From Paragordius varius (lineage: Eukaryota; Animalia; Nematomorpha): a stretch of DNA of 64,000 bases. Both the position numbers and the translations under genes were made by a program. Positions 41,783 through 55,000 of this stretch are shown here, one piece after another; position 1 is the stretch's first letter; each line of letters opens with the position of its first letter. The stretch spans positions 5,766,001 to 5,830,000 of the forward strand of contig OZ176053.1 of assembly GCA_964247055.1 (NCBI GenBank), read 5' to 3'. The notes beneath the pieces were generated by a model. That model did no database searches, was not told the origin of the DNA, and saw only the letters and a program-made list of their open reading frames with translations.

Positions 41783-42910
41783 CCGGGTACAGTTATAAGT
41801 TTTTGCCGGTTTAACCACTGAGAATACGTCATTAAAAAGTACGCAAACGATTAATTTATACAGATCCCGTTTTGTTCTGACATTTAAAGGACAAACACAC
41901 ACAAGTTGAGCCAGAAACTAACGTCTAAATTTATTTATTATTTGGTCATGTCGAATTTTATGATTAAGAACCTCGTTTTGCCATCAGAAGAAAAAGGCCT
42001 GATAAATCATTTGCTGTTAGAAACATATGGTGAACATGCTCTATTGATTCATATGTAAAATATGATTTTGAAATAATCAAAGGTGAGTTTAATATGAAAA
42101 AAATACGGTGCTCTTTTGTCCACACAACTATGAAAACACCAAATGGCATTATTGTATAATAACACAACTATGAAAACACCAAATGGCATTATTGTATAAT
42201 AACCTAATTAAAAAATTATCAAAAATTGGCAGACGCTTTGCATGTATCACATAAAAAATTAAATGTCTATGAGCAATAGAAAAACCAATAAACTCGGGCA
42301 ATAGGTTCCATATAATTTGATTTAAACGACTCAAATCGAAAATCGCAAAGTATCTTGTACTTCCACGTAATAAAAAAATAATTTTTGCATCAAATTAAGT
42401 TGAGTGATGAAAAAGGACTTTATTTTGTAAATCCAAAGCGGAAAAATCGAGGCTTTTACCCTGCCAGGCCAGATCATAACACCAAGTCCAAATCGCTTCG
42501 GCAAACTATACTGTCTGATTAGAGCGATATTGTTTATGACTTATTGAAACCCGGTGACAGTAAATACAACGCTATCGCCAACAAATGATTTATTTAAACC
42601 AAGCCTCAATAGAAAACGACCGGAATATCAGATGGCAAGAAAATTTTGCTATATAACAAAGCTCCGTCTCACAGAGCAAAACCAGTGTGTGACACCTTAA
42701 AATCGCTAGATTGGGAAATTCTTTTGTATCAGTTCAATCATTTTGAACATAAAATGGCTTGATGGATGTTTATTGCTAAAGTCATTTTTCTGGCTCGGCA
42801 TTTAAATACACCTGAAAAATGGAACCAATGGAACCTATTTTGAAAATAAAAAATTATTTTCCCATAAAATTACACGTTTTATAACCAAAAACCGGTACAA
42901 TCTTATCATA
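41783..42910 (+). mobile_element. Decayed mariner (Mos1/mauritiana-like) copy 1
   Basis: Left TIR TA|CCGGGTACAGTTATAAG...CCGGTTT. Peptide remnants MSNF, ETYGEHAL, DEKGLYFVNPKRK, PNRFG, LLKPG, APSHRAKPV.DTLKSLDWEIL. Many frameshifts. Confidence 0.85.
42122..42203. repeat. Perfect 40-bp tandem duplication inside the mariner
   Basis: ACACAACTATGAAAACACCAAATGGCATTATTGTATAATA occurs twice in tandem. Confidence 0.9.
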
Positions 42911-43392
42911 AAAATTAAAATTAATACTTTTTTTAAAAAAAAAATTAAATTTCTACTAAATATTAATTTTATGGCATCATAAATAATATGATAATAGCTG
43001 TTTTGCCGATGTTATATATTTATGATAGATCAAAAAACTGATAATGGGTTGTATTTAGTAACTTTTTATTGAAACAAATTAAATAGTGTGATGTCGATCT
43101 TATTAAATATAAGTAGCTTGAATATTTCCACTTATCAAAGTTTAGTTTATCAAGAAAATATTGCGCTACCTCGCCATATTAACTACTGAACAAAATATTA
43201 TATTTATTGTATTGATATAACACTTAAGAAAAGGTTAATATTAATGAATTTAGGATTTGACAAAGATGCTATTACATAGATTGCGATTCATTTATAATCA
43301 TCAAAAAATAATATAATTTAGACATAGATTTTTCAATAATTAACGATATACATAAGTAGGGTTTATTTCATTCAATGTTATATGAAGTTTAT

Positions 43393-45989
43393 CTATTTAC
43401 AAATGAGTAGTCGACGAAATTGGGTAATCATATTATTATCCAATATTATATATACATACATAATAATGGCTCCATATATCATCTGTAAGACATTGCCTAC
43501 AGAAGAAAGATCATAGGAGAGTTGGAATTTTTTCAAAAGTAAGATACGTAAATTGCTACGCGTTATATATAATACGACATTCGGTGTCACAAATATGATA
43601 TAGATAAGAGAATAAATGAGAGCCGAATAGTTGATTAGTATACTTTGTGCCCTGTGAGCTTTACGTGATGACATTGATTTCTTAGCAACTACGTTTGAAG
43701 TGGTAGGATTGATACGATTATACCGTACCATAAGATCAATGTCTGATTTAAAAACTGCATAATAATATTGGTATGTATGTTTTTTCCGCTTAAACCAATT
43801 CCCAGTATTGGCTGATTCGTCTACTGGTACCATACATACAGATGAAGTGTTTCTCTCATCCATTTTACTTGAAGATTGAGGATTTGAAATGACTCCCGAT
43901 ATGTTATTTATAGTTGTTGGTGCATTGTTTTTATTTATGTTTATGTTTGATGTACCTGATGTCATCATCAACAAATTCCTTTTCCGATAAAAAATTATAA
44001 TTAATTGCGTCAAACAAAACCCCAAATAGATATTGAATATTAGCGGTATAATCATCATAATAATCATGCGAATGATATCGTAGGCCACCACCCTGGGTGT
44101 CAAATCCTTAAGGCCACACCGATATAGCTTTATGAGTTTTAGCGGCTTTGGATACAATGATTTAAACCCGGTCCCATTTGACACTAGAAGACAATCCTTT
44201 TGAAAACAGTTGGATAGTTGGATAAAGTATATTGGTTGTGTTCCATGCAATTCTGGTGTTATATTATAATAATTGACATAACTTTCAAACACATTAAAAA
44301 TGGCCTCATTAATCGAACTGTTTGGCTTAAGTTTGGATCTTATATTATTCCCATGTAGCGTAACGAATTCTCGATGAGGTAGGCGAACGCTTTTTGGTAT
44401 ATTTTGACTATCAAGGCCAAAGCACATTACCGGATCATACCAGAAAAATGTTGTCCAACTCAGAAAAAATGATAAAACAATTATTATCCATGGGAACCAT
44501 TTGAAATGACATGCCTTCCTTACATCATCATATTTGGTGTAAAACCTAGCCTTCAAATATCTGTCCAATAGAAGTAACACCTATAAAAAATAATGATAAC
44601 ACAGATAAAAGGTTGTTTTTGTAAATAAATTAAACATAAATATGAATAATGCAGCTTATGGGATACAAAAATTTAATTTTTTCCAATTTAATAATATCCG
44701 CTATTAACGCTAATTCTTCTAACAGGCATTTAAGTTAAGAAAAAATCATCCTCAATAATTATTAGCCCCCCATTATAGCTCTTCAGGTGGTATTTGGTTT
44801 TAAACCCCTCTTAGTTTTTACAGTTCCTCCAGTTAAAATAAAGACAAGCCGATTGAAAAAATGATAAATATATAGTATTATTGATAATAAAAAATTGGAT
44901 CGATTTTTTGTCTTTTAAGCTGTATTTTAAAAACTATTTTGCATCATCCCGGAAAAATGTCTTTTTTTTAACCAACTTTGATGCCACCAAAGATATTTGC
45001 CTTTAATTATTTTATTTGGAATTCGATTATATTGTTTGTGGGCATATGGCACAGGAATAAGTTCTGAAATAAAATTACTTTCTTTTAGATAGAAATTAAA
45101 TTATTTATGCTGCGCTTGATGACCTTACTCGTCTTCACAGGGAAACTGATAAAAAAATATTATTTTCACTTACATGATACTCTGTGGATTATATGTTACA
45201 TATTAATTATTATTACGATTTAAAATTCAAATAAAGGTTTGCTGAATGATTTTATGAATATTTAAGAGCAAAATAAAATAAACATACATTTATTAACTAG
45301 ATGACAGGGAACGACTGATATTTATTGAAAATGTTCTAATTTTAATTGAAATCAGGACCATTTTATTTTTTTTATCTGATATTAATTAAAAAAAATACCT
45401 GTATCCATATACTGGCATCAAAAAAAACATGGACCCAAATGATATCATATTTGGTGGTATATTTGACCCATCCTCGATTAGTCGTAAATTCGGATAAACG
45501 AAACCATTTATTGGCAATATCAAAGTATATGGGTATCATGAATAGGGCACTCAATAGTAAAAGCCAACCAATAAACGCTATATAATAGTAATTATTTGAG
45601 TTTTTTTTAATATTTTTGGGAATACGATGAATAATAACTAATCCTGTGATAACCCCAAATAATCCTATAACCAGGACAATCGGCATGGCTATAACATATA
45701 TTGCGCGCGTCAATGAGAATCGTTTTTCATAATTTGAAGTGCATAGAGAATCGAATAGAGGAGTTTCCACCGGATTATGGTTTGTTTGTGGAAATGAAGC
45801 GTATAAATATGATAGACCATTCCTTGACGAAGTTAATCTTTTTAAATGTTGCGATGATGGTGTAATAGGGATCGCATTAGTACTACCCGTTTGATAAATG
45901 TGATCAAGATTAGCACCAACAAATTTCATATGCATGAGATCTGTCATGCCAAACCCCGTCCCGTTTCCGTTATAATTATCTAGGCTCAT
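43393..45989 (-). CDS. Divergent class A (rhodopsin-like) 7TM GPCR, peptide-receptor-like, 2 exons
   Basis: Exons are 45989-45399 and 44580-43393, with a phase 0 intron in TM3. There are seven hydrophobic helices, DRY after TM3 (VLLLLDRY), a TM5 proline (IIPLIFN) and a TM6 proline (FVTPN). The first in-frame ATG is at 45989. Confidence 0.85.
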
Positions 45990-46519
45990 GACGACAAAAG
46001 TGAACAAATAATTTTACCAATGAGTATTAAAATCAAACCGCCATTTATTCGTAAAAAACCAATTTATTTTATTTAAATAATAATTAATTTTTAATTAGCA
46101 AAAGAAGATGGAATAATTTATATAAGTTATAATACGATATTTTAGTGTTAATTAAAATTAATCAAAAAACTATATACTTTTACAATCGTTTGTTGAGCAA
46201 CAGGGTAAGATATTGCGCCTTGGCTCATTTGTATTGCATTGTCATATCCAAGTTATCCATTGGTTATCATATAATTAAATTTATGAAATTGATCTAAATG
46301 GATGAAACGGTTTTGTTATTATGTTTATTTTTCAGTATCTTACAGAAAACTGTGTTAAAATGCGATACATATTATTAACAGAGAAAGGTTTGAAAAATAT
46401 ATTTAGAGCAGGCTACACTTTATATATTTTATACATTTGTGCGGTTTAGATATATTGTGTTCCGCTAAATTAGTAAAAGTGGCCAAAGTATGATATCTGT
46501 TTTATTTTGGTATTATAAA

Positions 46520-47650
46520 TTTGGTGTGTTCAAAATTTTCCAACGGTTTAACAAGAGCAGACCTCAGAGAAAGACGCAGACGATTAATTTGACACAGACT
46601 CCATTTTATTCATATATTAAGACCAACACACACAAGTTGACTCGACCAAAAACTAGCGTCTTATTCCTATCATCAAGTAATCATGTCGAATTTTGTGCCT
46701 GAAAAAGATTTACATCACGCATTGCCCTTCTTGTTCCATCAGAAGTAAAAAACTGTGGAAAGTCATTGTTTGCTGGTAGAAATAGTCCAAGCATGGTTAA
46801 TAATATTTAAAAATTGTTATTTTTTGAAAGCAAAAGGGCGCACTGCTACACCACACAAATGCGAACACGATAAAGTGCAAGAGTTATTGGATGATTATTC
46901 AACGCATCCTCAACGGCAATTTGCAAACTATGATATGTATCACAAAAATTCTGTAACGTCTACAAGCAGTGGGAAAAGACCAATAAACTCGGTAAATATT
47001 GAAAAAAAAAGGTAAAATCTAAAAAGTGAATTGTGTTGGCTCAAGGTTACGAAAGGAGATAATTTGAATTGTTTGGGTGATGAAAAGTGGATTGATTTTG
47101 TAATAAAAAGCCAAAAATCATGGCTTTCACCTTACCAAACTAACTGTCCATACCCCAAGGCCAAATCGTTTCGGCAAGAAAACCATGCTATGTGTCTGAT
47201 TTTGTAACCTACTGAAACCGTTACATAACGCTATCGCCCACAAATGCTAATTTAAACCATGAATTAATTGAACAACGATTGAAATTGGCCAGGAGAATGG
47301 TAAAATTATTTGGCTGCATTAAAATGATTCATCTCACGCAGAAAAACCAGTGAAAGGCACCTTGAATTCGCTTCGGGAATTTCTTCCGCATCCTTCGCAC
47401 TGACCTGGAACCATATGACTATTACCTCCTTGCATCAATGGGGCTTACGCTCGTGGAGCAGAACTTCAAACGTTGGAAAAAGATTTGACGAATGTTTGCA
47501 GAAAATCAGTTTTTTTGGTATGGCGTTCATATATTACTTACAGACGGGCGAAGTGTGTGGAACCCGTACAATATTTTGAATAAAATAATTATTGCTTTTC
47601 TATCGAAATTGCTTGTTTTTTTACCAAAAAAACTGGTAAAGATTTATAAT
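46520..47650 (+). mobile_element. Decayed mariner (Mos1/mauritiana-like) copy 2
   Basis: MSNFVPEKDLHHALPFLFHQK..ESHCLLVE, GDEKWIDFV, RPNRFGKKTMLCV and DLEPYDYYLLASMG..L.EQ.F. The TIRs are degenerate. Confidence 0.88.
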
Positions 47651-48636
47651 CAGGTAGTCTAACGCCCTTTTTTCCTAAAAAAATTTTTGGTGTGTGTAAT
47701 CGTTCCACATGGCTTTCAACGAGTTTAAATAACTGAAAGACTAAAAAGTTATAAAAGTTGGCTCTAAAATATTAGAAAAATGTAGGTGTCTCTTAGAATA
47801 CAAGAATCATTTAAAAGGTTGATATGATTTCTGAACCTGTTATTTTCCTGATACTTTTTAAAATGTTGCATGTTATTATAATAAAGCGGCCCTTAAAATA
47901 AAAATATTGACCTTTGCCTTTATAAGAATAAAATAATCTTTAGAATTCGCTCACAAATCTTAAAAATATTTTTCAGGGATTGAACAAAACTGTTTGATTG
48001 TTGTCTCTGGTTCCATTTCCACATAATAGATAAAACACAGCATGAATAAATCATAGCCATTTTCAGATAGTTTGATCAATTTAACAAACGTAAATAATTA
48101 GCACAAAAATATAATGTAAACACCAAAAATTATTCTTATCTCAAACCATATAAAAATTTATACTTTATGCAATAATAATTTATCCATTATATTAAGAATA
48201 GTTAAAAGAAAAACATCCATTATTCAAGAACGGTATGAAACCGTTGTTTTTTCCTTATATTAAAATAAACGACTCTGAAGGCAATGTTTGACGTTTATCA
48301 AATTTAATTAAATTTCATCGTAGTTATACATTTACCATGATAAATAAAACCATTTTGAAACGGTCAGGATCAATCAGAATCGGTTAAAATCCGAATCCGG
48401 TTGCTGCCGGTCCAGAGATTAAAGAACAATCTTATACCATTTTTGTGAGACCTTTTAGCCAAGTTAAATTCGGTATAGAAACGGAAGAAAAGAAAATTCT
48501 ACTAAGTATCCAATTTGAAATTAAATAAAATATTATTATTTTATGAAGCACATATCACATTTAAACCATCATTCACAAAATTTTATCGGAATTTATTATA
48601 TTAAACTTTGACAATTATGTATATATATATATATAA

Positions 48637-48677
<41 letters not shown>

Positions 48678-49036
48678 TATATAGAATATGTGAGACATAT
48701 ATTACATATTATCATAATTATATATTGCAAATAATTATTACATATAATCCAAATATTATTTAAAAAAACATTAGAAAATTTACAAAATGGTGACGCATAG
48801 AATATTTTTAGTCGAAAATTGTTGACAACAATATGTTTAGACATGTAATACATATTCAAGATATATATAAGATAGATATATTGGGCTGTGTAATGAGGAT
48901 TGGAATGTTTTTACGAATCATATTTAATAGAGAGCAATTTCAAGTCTTTTCAACACTCTGTGGACATAAATCTTAAAAATCTAGATTATCCACTTATGTT
49001 AAATTTTTAATATTACTTGCTAACTATCGTCATTGT

Positions 49037-52000
49037 TTAAATTGAATGTTGCGATGTAGGATACATGTTGTGGTTTCCTGTATTACTGAATGTCGTATTA
49101 TTGCTGAAATTTGACAAAGATTTTATCTTTGGACCTTTTTGTGACCTTATGATGGTGCCATTATCACCGTTTCCGCTCATGACGAATTTAAATTTGCGAC
49201 CCCTTCGTTTTTTCATCTCTTGACTAGTCCAAATGCTTGATTTATAATTAATCGTTTTATTACCTAACGATGAATATTTTTTTAAATTGATACCATTTAT
49301 CCCAGATTTTTCAAGCGGTTCTGGGTTCATGGTAACTTCAAACAAGGCATTTTTTTCTTTGGTATGATGTTCTAAATTATTTGTGTTGCAATCGTTACGT
49401 GTTGGTAAAACATTGGGATTATCCTTAAATTTCTTATAATCACGAAATATTTTGCGGCGACGATCAATTTTTTGAAGCGTGACAGGTAGGGGTCGAATTG
49501 CACTTTCAATCGCAGATTCTGCAATCGAAAATGAATCAGGATGAGGTGATGTAGTAAATTTTTCATTCTCTTTTAACCTTTCTTTGGGAGTATTTGTGCA
49601 TATTGCATCGATTGTTTCCGATTCGCTCATATCTCTTTTAGGTTGATCATGATTGATGCGTTTTTTAATCAGACAAGTTATAGAATTTTCTGAGTTCTTT
49701 TTGCTTATATTAGATCCAATATCTGACTTTTTGTCCGGATTTTTCAAAGGTTTATAAGAATTTAATGAGGCATTCAAATGAGGATTAAGATTTTTGTGAT
49801 TATAGTAAATTGTTTTAGTATTGTTACTCAAATTCTGAGTTTTTGCGTATTTTGGATTGGTTTGGCAAATTGGACATTTCCAAATACCTTTGAAAGATCT
49901 ATTCACACAAAATATTCAATATGTTTGATGTATAATATTATAACAAAATTATAATCCCTAAACACAAAAATATGTTTAAATTTTAAAAAAGTCCACACTT
50001 ATTCATTACACACTATAGAGAGCAATTAGATTTGGGTAGTTTCAATAGCTAAAGAGGTTCAAATTATATCTGCTGGTAAGTATTAGGCTTTTCATTTTTA
50101 TTAGTTACATATTTAAATTATAATTGTGGAGGAAATATACAGTTGCCCCTGTCATCAATGAAATATCATGTTAGCAATAATTTTAATGTAATTAAAATAA
50201 ATGAAAATTCTTATACATATCAACCGACATGTAAATTATAAATACCCTTTTAGCCATGTACAATATCGAAATGGCAAATAATAGTTCCCGTTATGATAAT
50301 ATACATACCTCTGTAAAATAGTCCTTGAATTGAAACACCTTTCATGAAAATGTCGCAGGCATTTGTCACAGCGTACTAATTTTTGTTTTGATTGTCCACA
50401 GATGGAACATAAATTTTCATTGATTGCCTATAAATAAATTTAATATATATACTTCGAATTCTAAAATGGTTTTTTTAAAAAATATTTTTTTACACAAAAA
50501 ATTTGTAAAAACCTTTGAAACACAGGAATAACAGTACCAGTCACCGGATGGAACTTTGTCTATTGCAGGCTATATTTAAACAATGAATATCATGTTAAGA
50601 ATGTAATCGACAAAAAGACTATATATATTATCCCATAAATTTATAAGTAATGATTATATTAGTACTTTAAAACAGTAGGTATGATAACCCTTATCACAGC
50701 CATCGCACAGTAATAGTAGATCTTCGTCAGAACCCAAATGACAAAATTGACAAAACTATGGAGGAAAATGATAAATTTATGTACAAATATATATACACAA
50801 TTAAAGTGTTGTTAAGTTAAAAAAATGCAGTTACCACTTTTGTGATAGATTTTTCCCAAGCAATTGCACTTTGAAGTAATTGTAGACAAATGTATATTTG
50901 GTCGGTATTTTTGGCATTGGTTAAGGCCAACTTCCATTTATATAAATTGGATGAAGTTTGGGCATACGAGTTTGTACCATTATCTTCTTGTAGGTTATTT
51001 AGATTATTTGGCTTATTTGAAACATCATTAGATTCACTGTCGCTGAATTGATTTGATGAGTTAACTATATCATCTTGAGGAACTCTAAATGGTTAAAGAG
51101 TAATGATAGGTTTATTAGTTTGTAAAATTAGTAAATTCATTAATATATTACATTATGTTTTTATCACAGTGAATATGTGTATTTTGGTCAAAATCGGTGA
51201 TTTCTTTAGGGATCATTTCTACTTTTTCTTCCATATTCTCTAATTTGCGGTCTGTAACCGTGTTTTCAAGCGTTTTTGCCCTAATATTGTCAAACTTTCC
51301 ATCTTTTTTTAAGGTATTGCTGTTATACCAATTAATTATCGCTTCATAATCTTGTAAATCTTTCGTTCTAAAAAATAGAAACAAAAAAATTTAAATATAA
51401 AAATATGATTACAAAAATTTAATGGATCATACAAAATTAAATATAAAAATAATTCAAAAATTTAATGGATCATCTTAAAGGTGGATATAACTTACGGCCT
51501 GCAAAGCGGTGAGCGTAGAAATCTTCTATCAATCCCAGAAACTAAGTCCAATAACTTTTGTCTGGTAGCGGAGAAAATTTCATCATTTCCGACATCATTG
51601 ACCAATATGTTGGGAATAGGTTTATGCGTCTTAATCCACGCCTATTGATTTATTAATAGTTTTGTTGCAAAAATTATTTATACTTAAAAAATTGTTTTTT
51701 TTAAATATATATATAATGTGAATACTACCTTGCTCATAAAATTTGACGTTATGACTTTGTCTTCGAAGCGCTGAACTGTCTTATAAGCATTTGTATGATA
51801 GATTTTAAGGAAATTTTCCGGTTCAATTTTTGCCTCATTATTACTGGACAGCTCGTGAGATTTGATATATTCTGCAACTAAACAAAAGTATTAAAATAAA
51901 TTTTAATTTTCCAAAAACTTATAATAAAATTATAAAGCCGCCACCATGATAAAAACAATAAACAAATATTATATTATGATTAATTGAAATAAAAAATTTT

Positions 52001-55000
52001 CAAATTAGTTACATTGATTGGAAATTAATTTTCCGTTTTCGCTTTTCGGTTCTAAGGGATACATTTGCAACAAAACATCCGTTATTTTTTGCATATTTTT
52101 ATACAAAATCTTTTCCCGAATACCACGCAGATTTAAACTGCTCATAAGATTATCCAATTGTTCCCGGGAATCAATATACCACCAATTGTTTTGATAATTG
52201 GACGTTAACAAATTGTTTCTGTCAGTATCTTCTATAATAATAAAATATATTAAATTATATAAAACGTTTTGAATAAAATCAATTCTAAAACAACAATTAA
52301 TATCAAAATATTTGATAAATATACCTTCTTTACCATTGTTTGTCAATACACCGTACATATTTATAAGACTTTTATCTAGATTTGCAACATTGTTTTGTTC
52401 TCGTTCATAATTAAATCCTTCAATGAGAATAGCACCGATTGAGGGCATAACCTATAACAAATGTCATTAGTAAAATGAAAATTTAATTACTAATTATTTG
52501 AATCATTAATGGGATACAAATCAAAACAAAAGCATGCTTTACCCAATATATTCTTTTATAACGGTCAGTCCCAAGTGACATACAACGTAATCGTGTGTTA
52601 ATTTCGTATAATTGCATGCGATACATGCTTAAACGATCTTCTGGATGTTGGATTTCGGATTCGCACCGTCTTTGATCAGATTGTGAGGTCTCTTCTTTTG
52701 GATGATTGGATTTTTCATCGGTTGTTATATTACTATTTACGTTCTTTCCATTATCACGCGTATCATTCTTTTCAACCATTGAATTCTTCTCTCCGTCAGT
52801 TTTTATAGTAACTGGTTTGTATTCAATTTCTGATGTGGATTTCGTCATATCTTGATCGACAAATTCTGATTTAACGCTTGGTTGATCGGCTATCTTAACG
52901 GATTCGTCGTGGGTATTTTCTTTAACAATGGTGGAAATGGGATTGGAAACAGTATTTTCTATTAAATCATCCTCAAATTTTACAGATTTTTTCGTCGATT
53001 TATCTACATCAATGTTCTCATTGTGATTTGTGGTTGACTTTTTAAAGGCAATATTATTGGTTATCGGATCAGAATACCGCTGTCTAAATATGGATAAACA
53101 AGAAAATCGAGTATAAAACCTATATGTCGGTAATATATATGTATGCAACATTTATTGGCTAAATGGAAAAAAAACAGATATTTACTTCCTTAGTTGACCG
53201 CCCTCATTAAGCCATTTGTCCTTTTTGAGATTGGCCATGATACCAAGTCTCCTATCTAACTCACGCAAAATGTCAGGATGGTCTAACAAACGATCACATA
53301 GAAAGGCTAAAAGCCAGCATTTTTGTTCAGCTTTCAATAGATGGAGCGGTTGAAGTGATAAAAAATCTGTAATCTATAAGGCACCACACAAATTGTGAAT
53401 TATATATATATATATATATATTACATCGGATGATCGATTGTATAAAGAGATAGAAAATTAATATACTTCAACGCTCATTGACGATGTTTCTCCATAGCAC
53501 GTATCATTGTATATGGTGAGATATATGCGTACGATTTCACTAATATTACTTTCACACAAGCCAAAATCTTTGACAGATTTTCCACCCAAGAATGTGAAGG
53601 TCTATGTATGCATTAAAAAATATTTTTATATCAGAACAATAAAAATACATTAGGAAGATAAAGTAAAACGACAAAAAGATTAATAATTTAAAAGCAATAA
53701 TCGATTATACTACCCCCAAGTCATAATTGTATCGTATATCTAGACTAGATGTAAAAGTCACAGTTTTAGCACATGTATCCTGGAAATTTTGTTCTTTTAC
53801 TGTCTCCTGGTTATTTTCATTTTCACGAAAATCTTCATTTTCGGTTTGAATTGTAGAGCACATATCGTTGCTATAAACACCTCCGTTGTTACAATTGCTA
53901 TTGTTAATGTTAATAAGTGTGGTGGCATTAGCTAACAGCTCATTATGTTTCAACAAAAATTGGACGAGTTTTAGAACGATTTTAATGAAAGCTTGGAAGG
54001 GCATAGCCAAAAGTAATGTATTGCTTTCATCGTTTTCATGTAATTTTTCCATAGCACAACTTTTATCAGTGATTACAGGTTCGTCTTTAACCATGTTAGA
54101 TTTGGTTTTTATATCATCCCCATTTATGATATTTTGACAACAAATTATGTTTTGGAGTTTATACAAAGTGTAATTAGTAGGACCTAATAAAATGTTATGG
54201 AATGATTTATTTAATATAATGCGCTTTAAAGTTCATAAATGATAGCAAATACTTCAAATATAATTCTTACCAATATGAAGGACATCAGAAAAACTATGCA
54301 AAAATTCGGTGACCATGACGAGATCGGAAAAGTGTTTGGGCGAAAGTTGCATATTAGGTATGATTGGGAAATCGGGCAGGGTCTATTTTATTTAAATAAT
54401 ATTATAATATGATATTGGAAACAATAAGATATAAATATTGGCGAATCAGAATTAATGTTCAATATTGGAAAAGTGTATTGAAACCTTAGAGTTTTGCATG
54501 ATTTCAAGATCATCTTTGGCTTTGTACATATCTTCAAAACTAAATCCTATGTTTTGGTGATCAGTTGGGTTTTGTGATATATCTAGACTATTATCTTTTT
54601 TGTCATTTATATTGAATGTTTCATTATTGGACATATTATTATTTGACTCGAATTCCGATGTTAAAGTAGTAATATTTTGGGTATTAATTATTGGTTCGAT
54701 TGTTGTGTTATTAGGTTTGGAATCTTGCTGGTAACAAACAATATACTTATATAATAAGTCATATTCTTTAAAGTAATTTTTCAAATATTATATTAATGAT
54801 AGGAAATTATCAAATATTTAACAAAGTTTTTACTCTGAATAATGCATATAGATTTCAATTATTTTTAATAAAAATTACCACGTCTTTTAAGGTTGAAGAT
54901 AAGTTGCGATCCATATCAGCTGCTTTATTGCATGGCGATTGAGCGTCATTTTGTTCGACTAAACTATCAGTGTGTGATTTACATTCAGAAAGGTTATCCG

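Noticed and set aside
48230-48420. AACCG/CCGGTT-rich segment downstream of BAZ2
   Set aside because: It is probably a TE subterminal remnant; it has no ORF, no bromodomain similarity and no definable ends.
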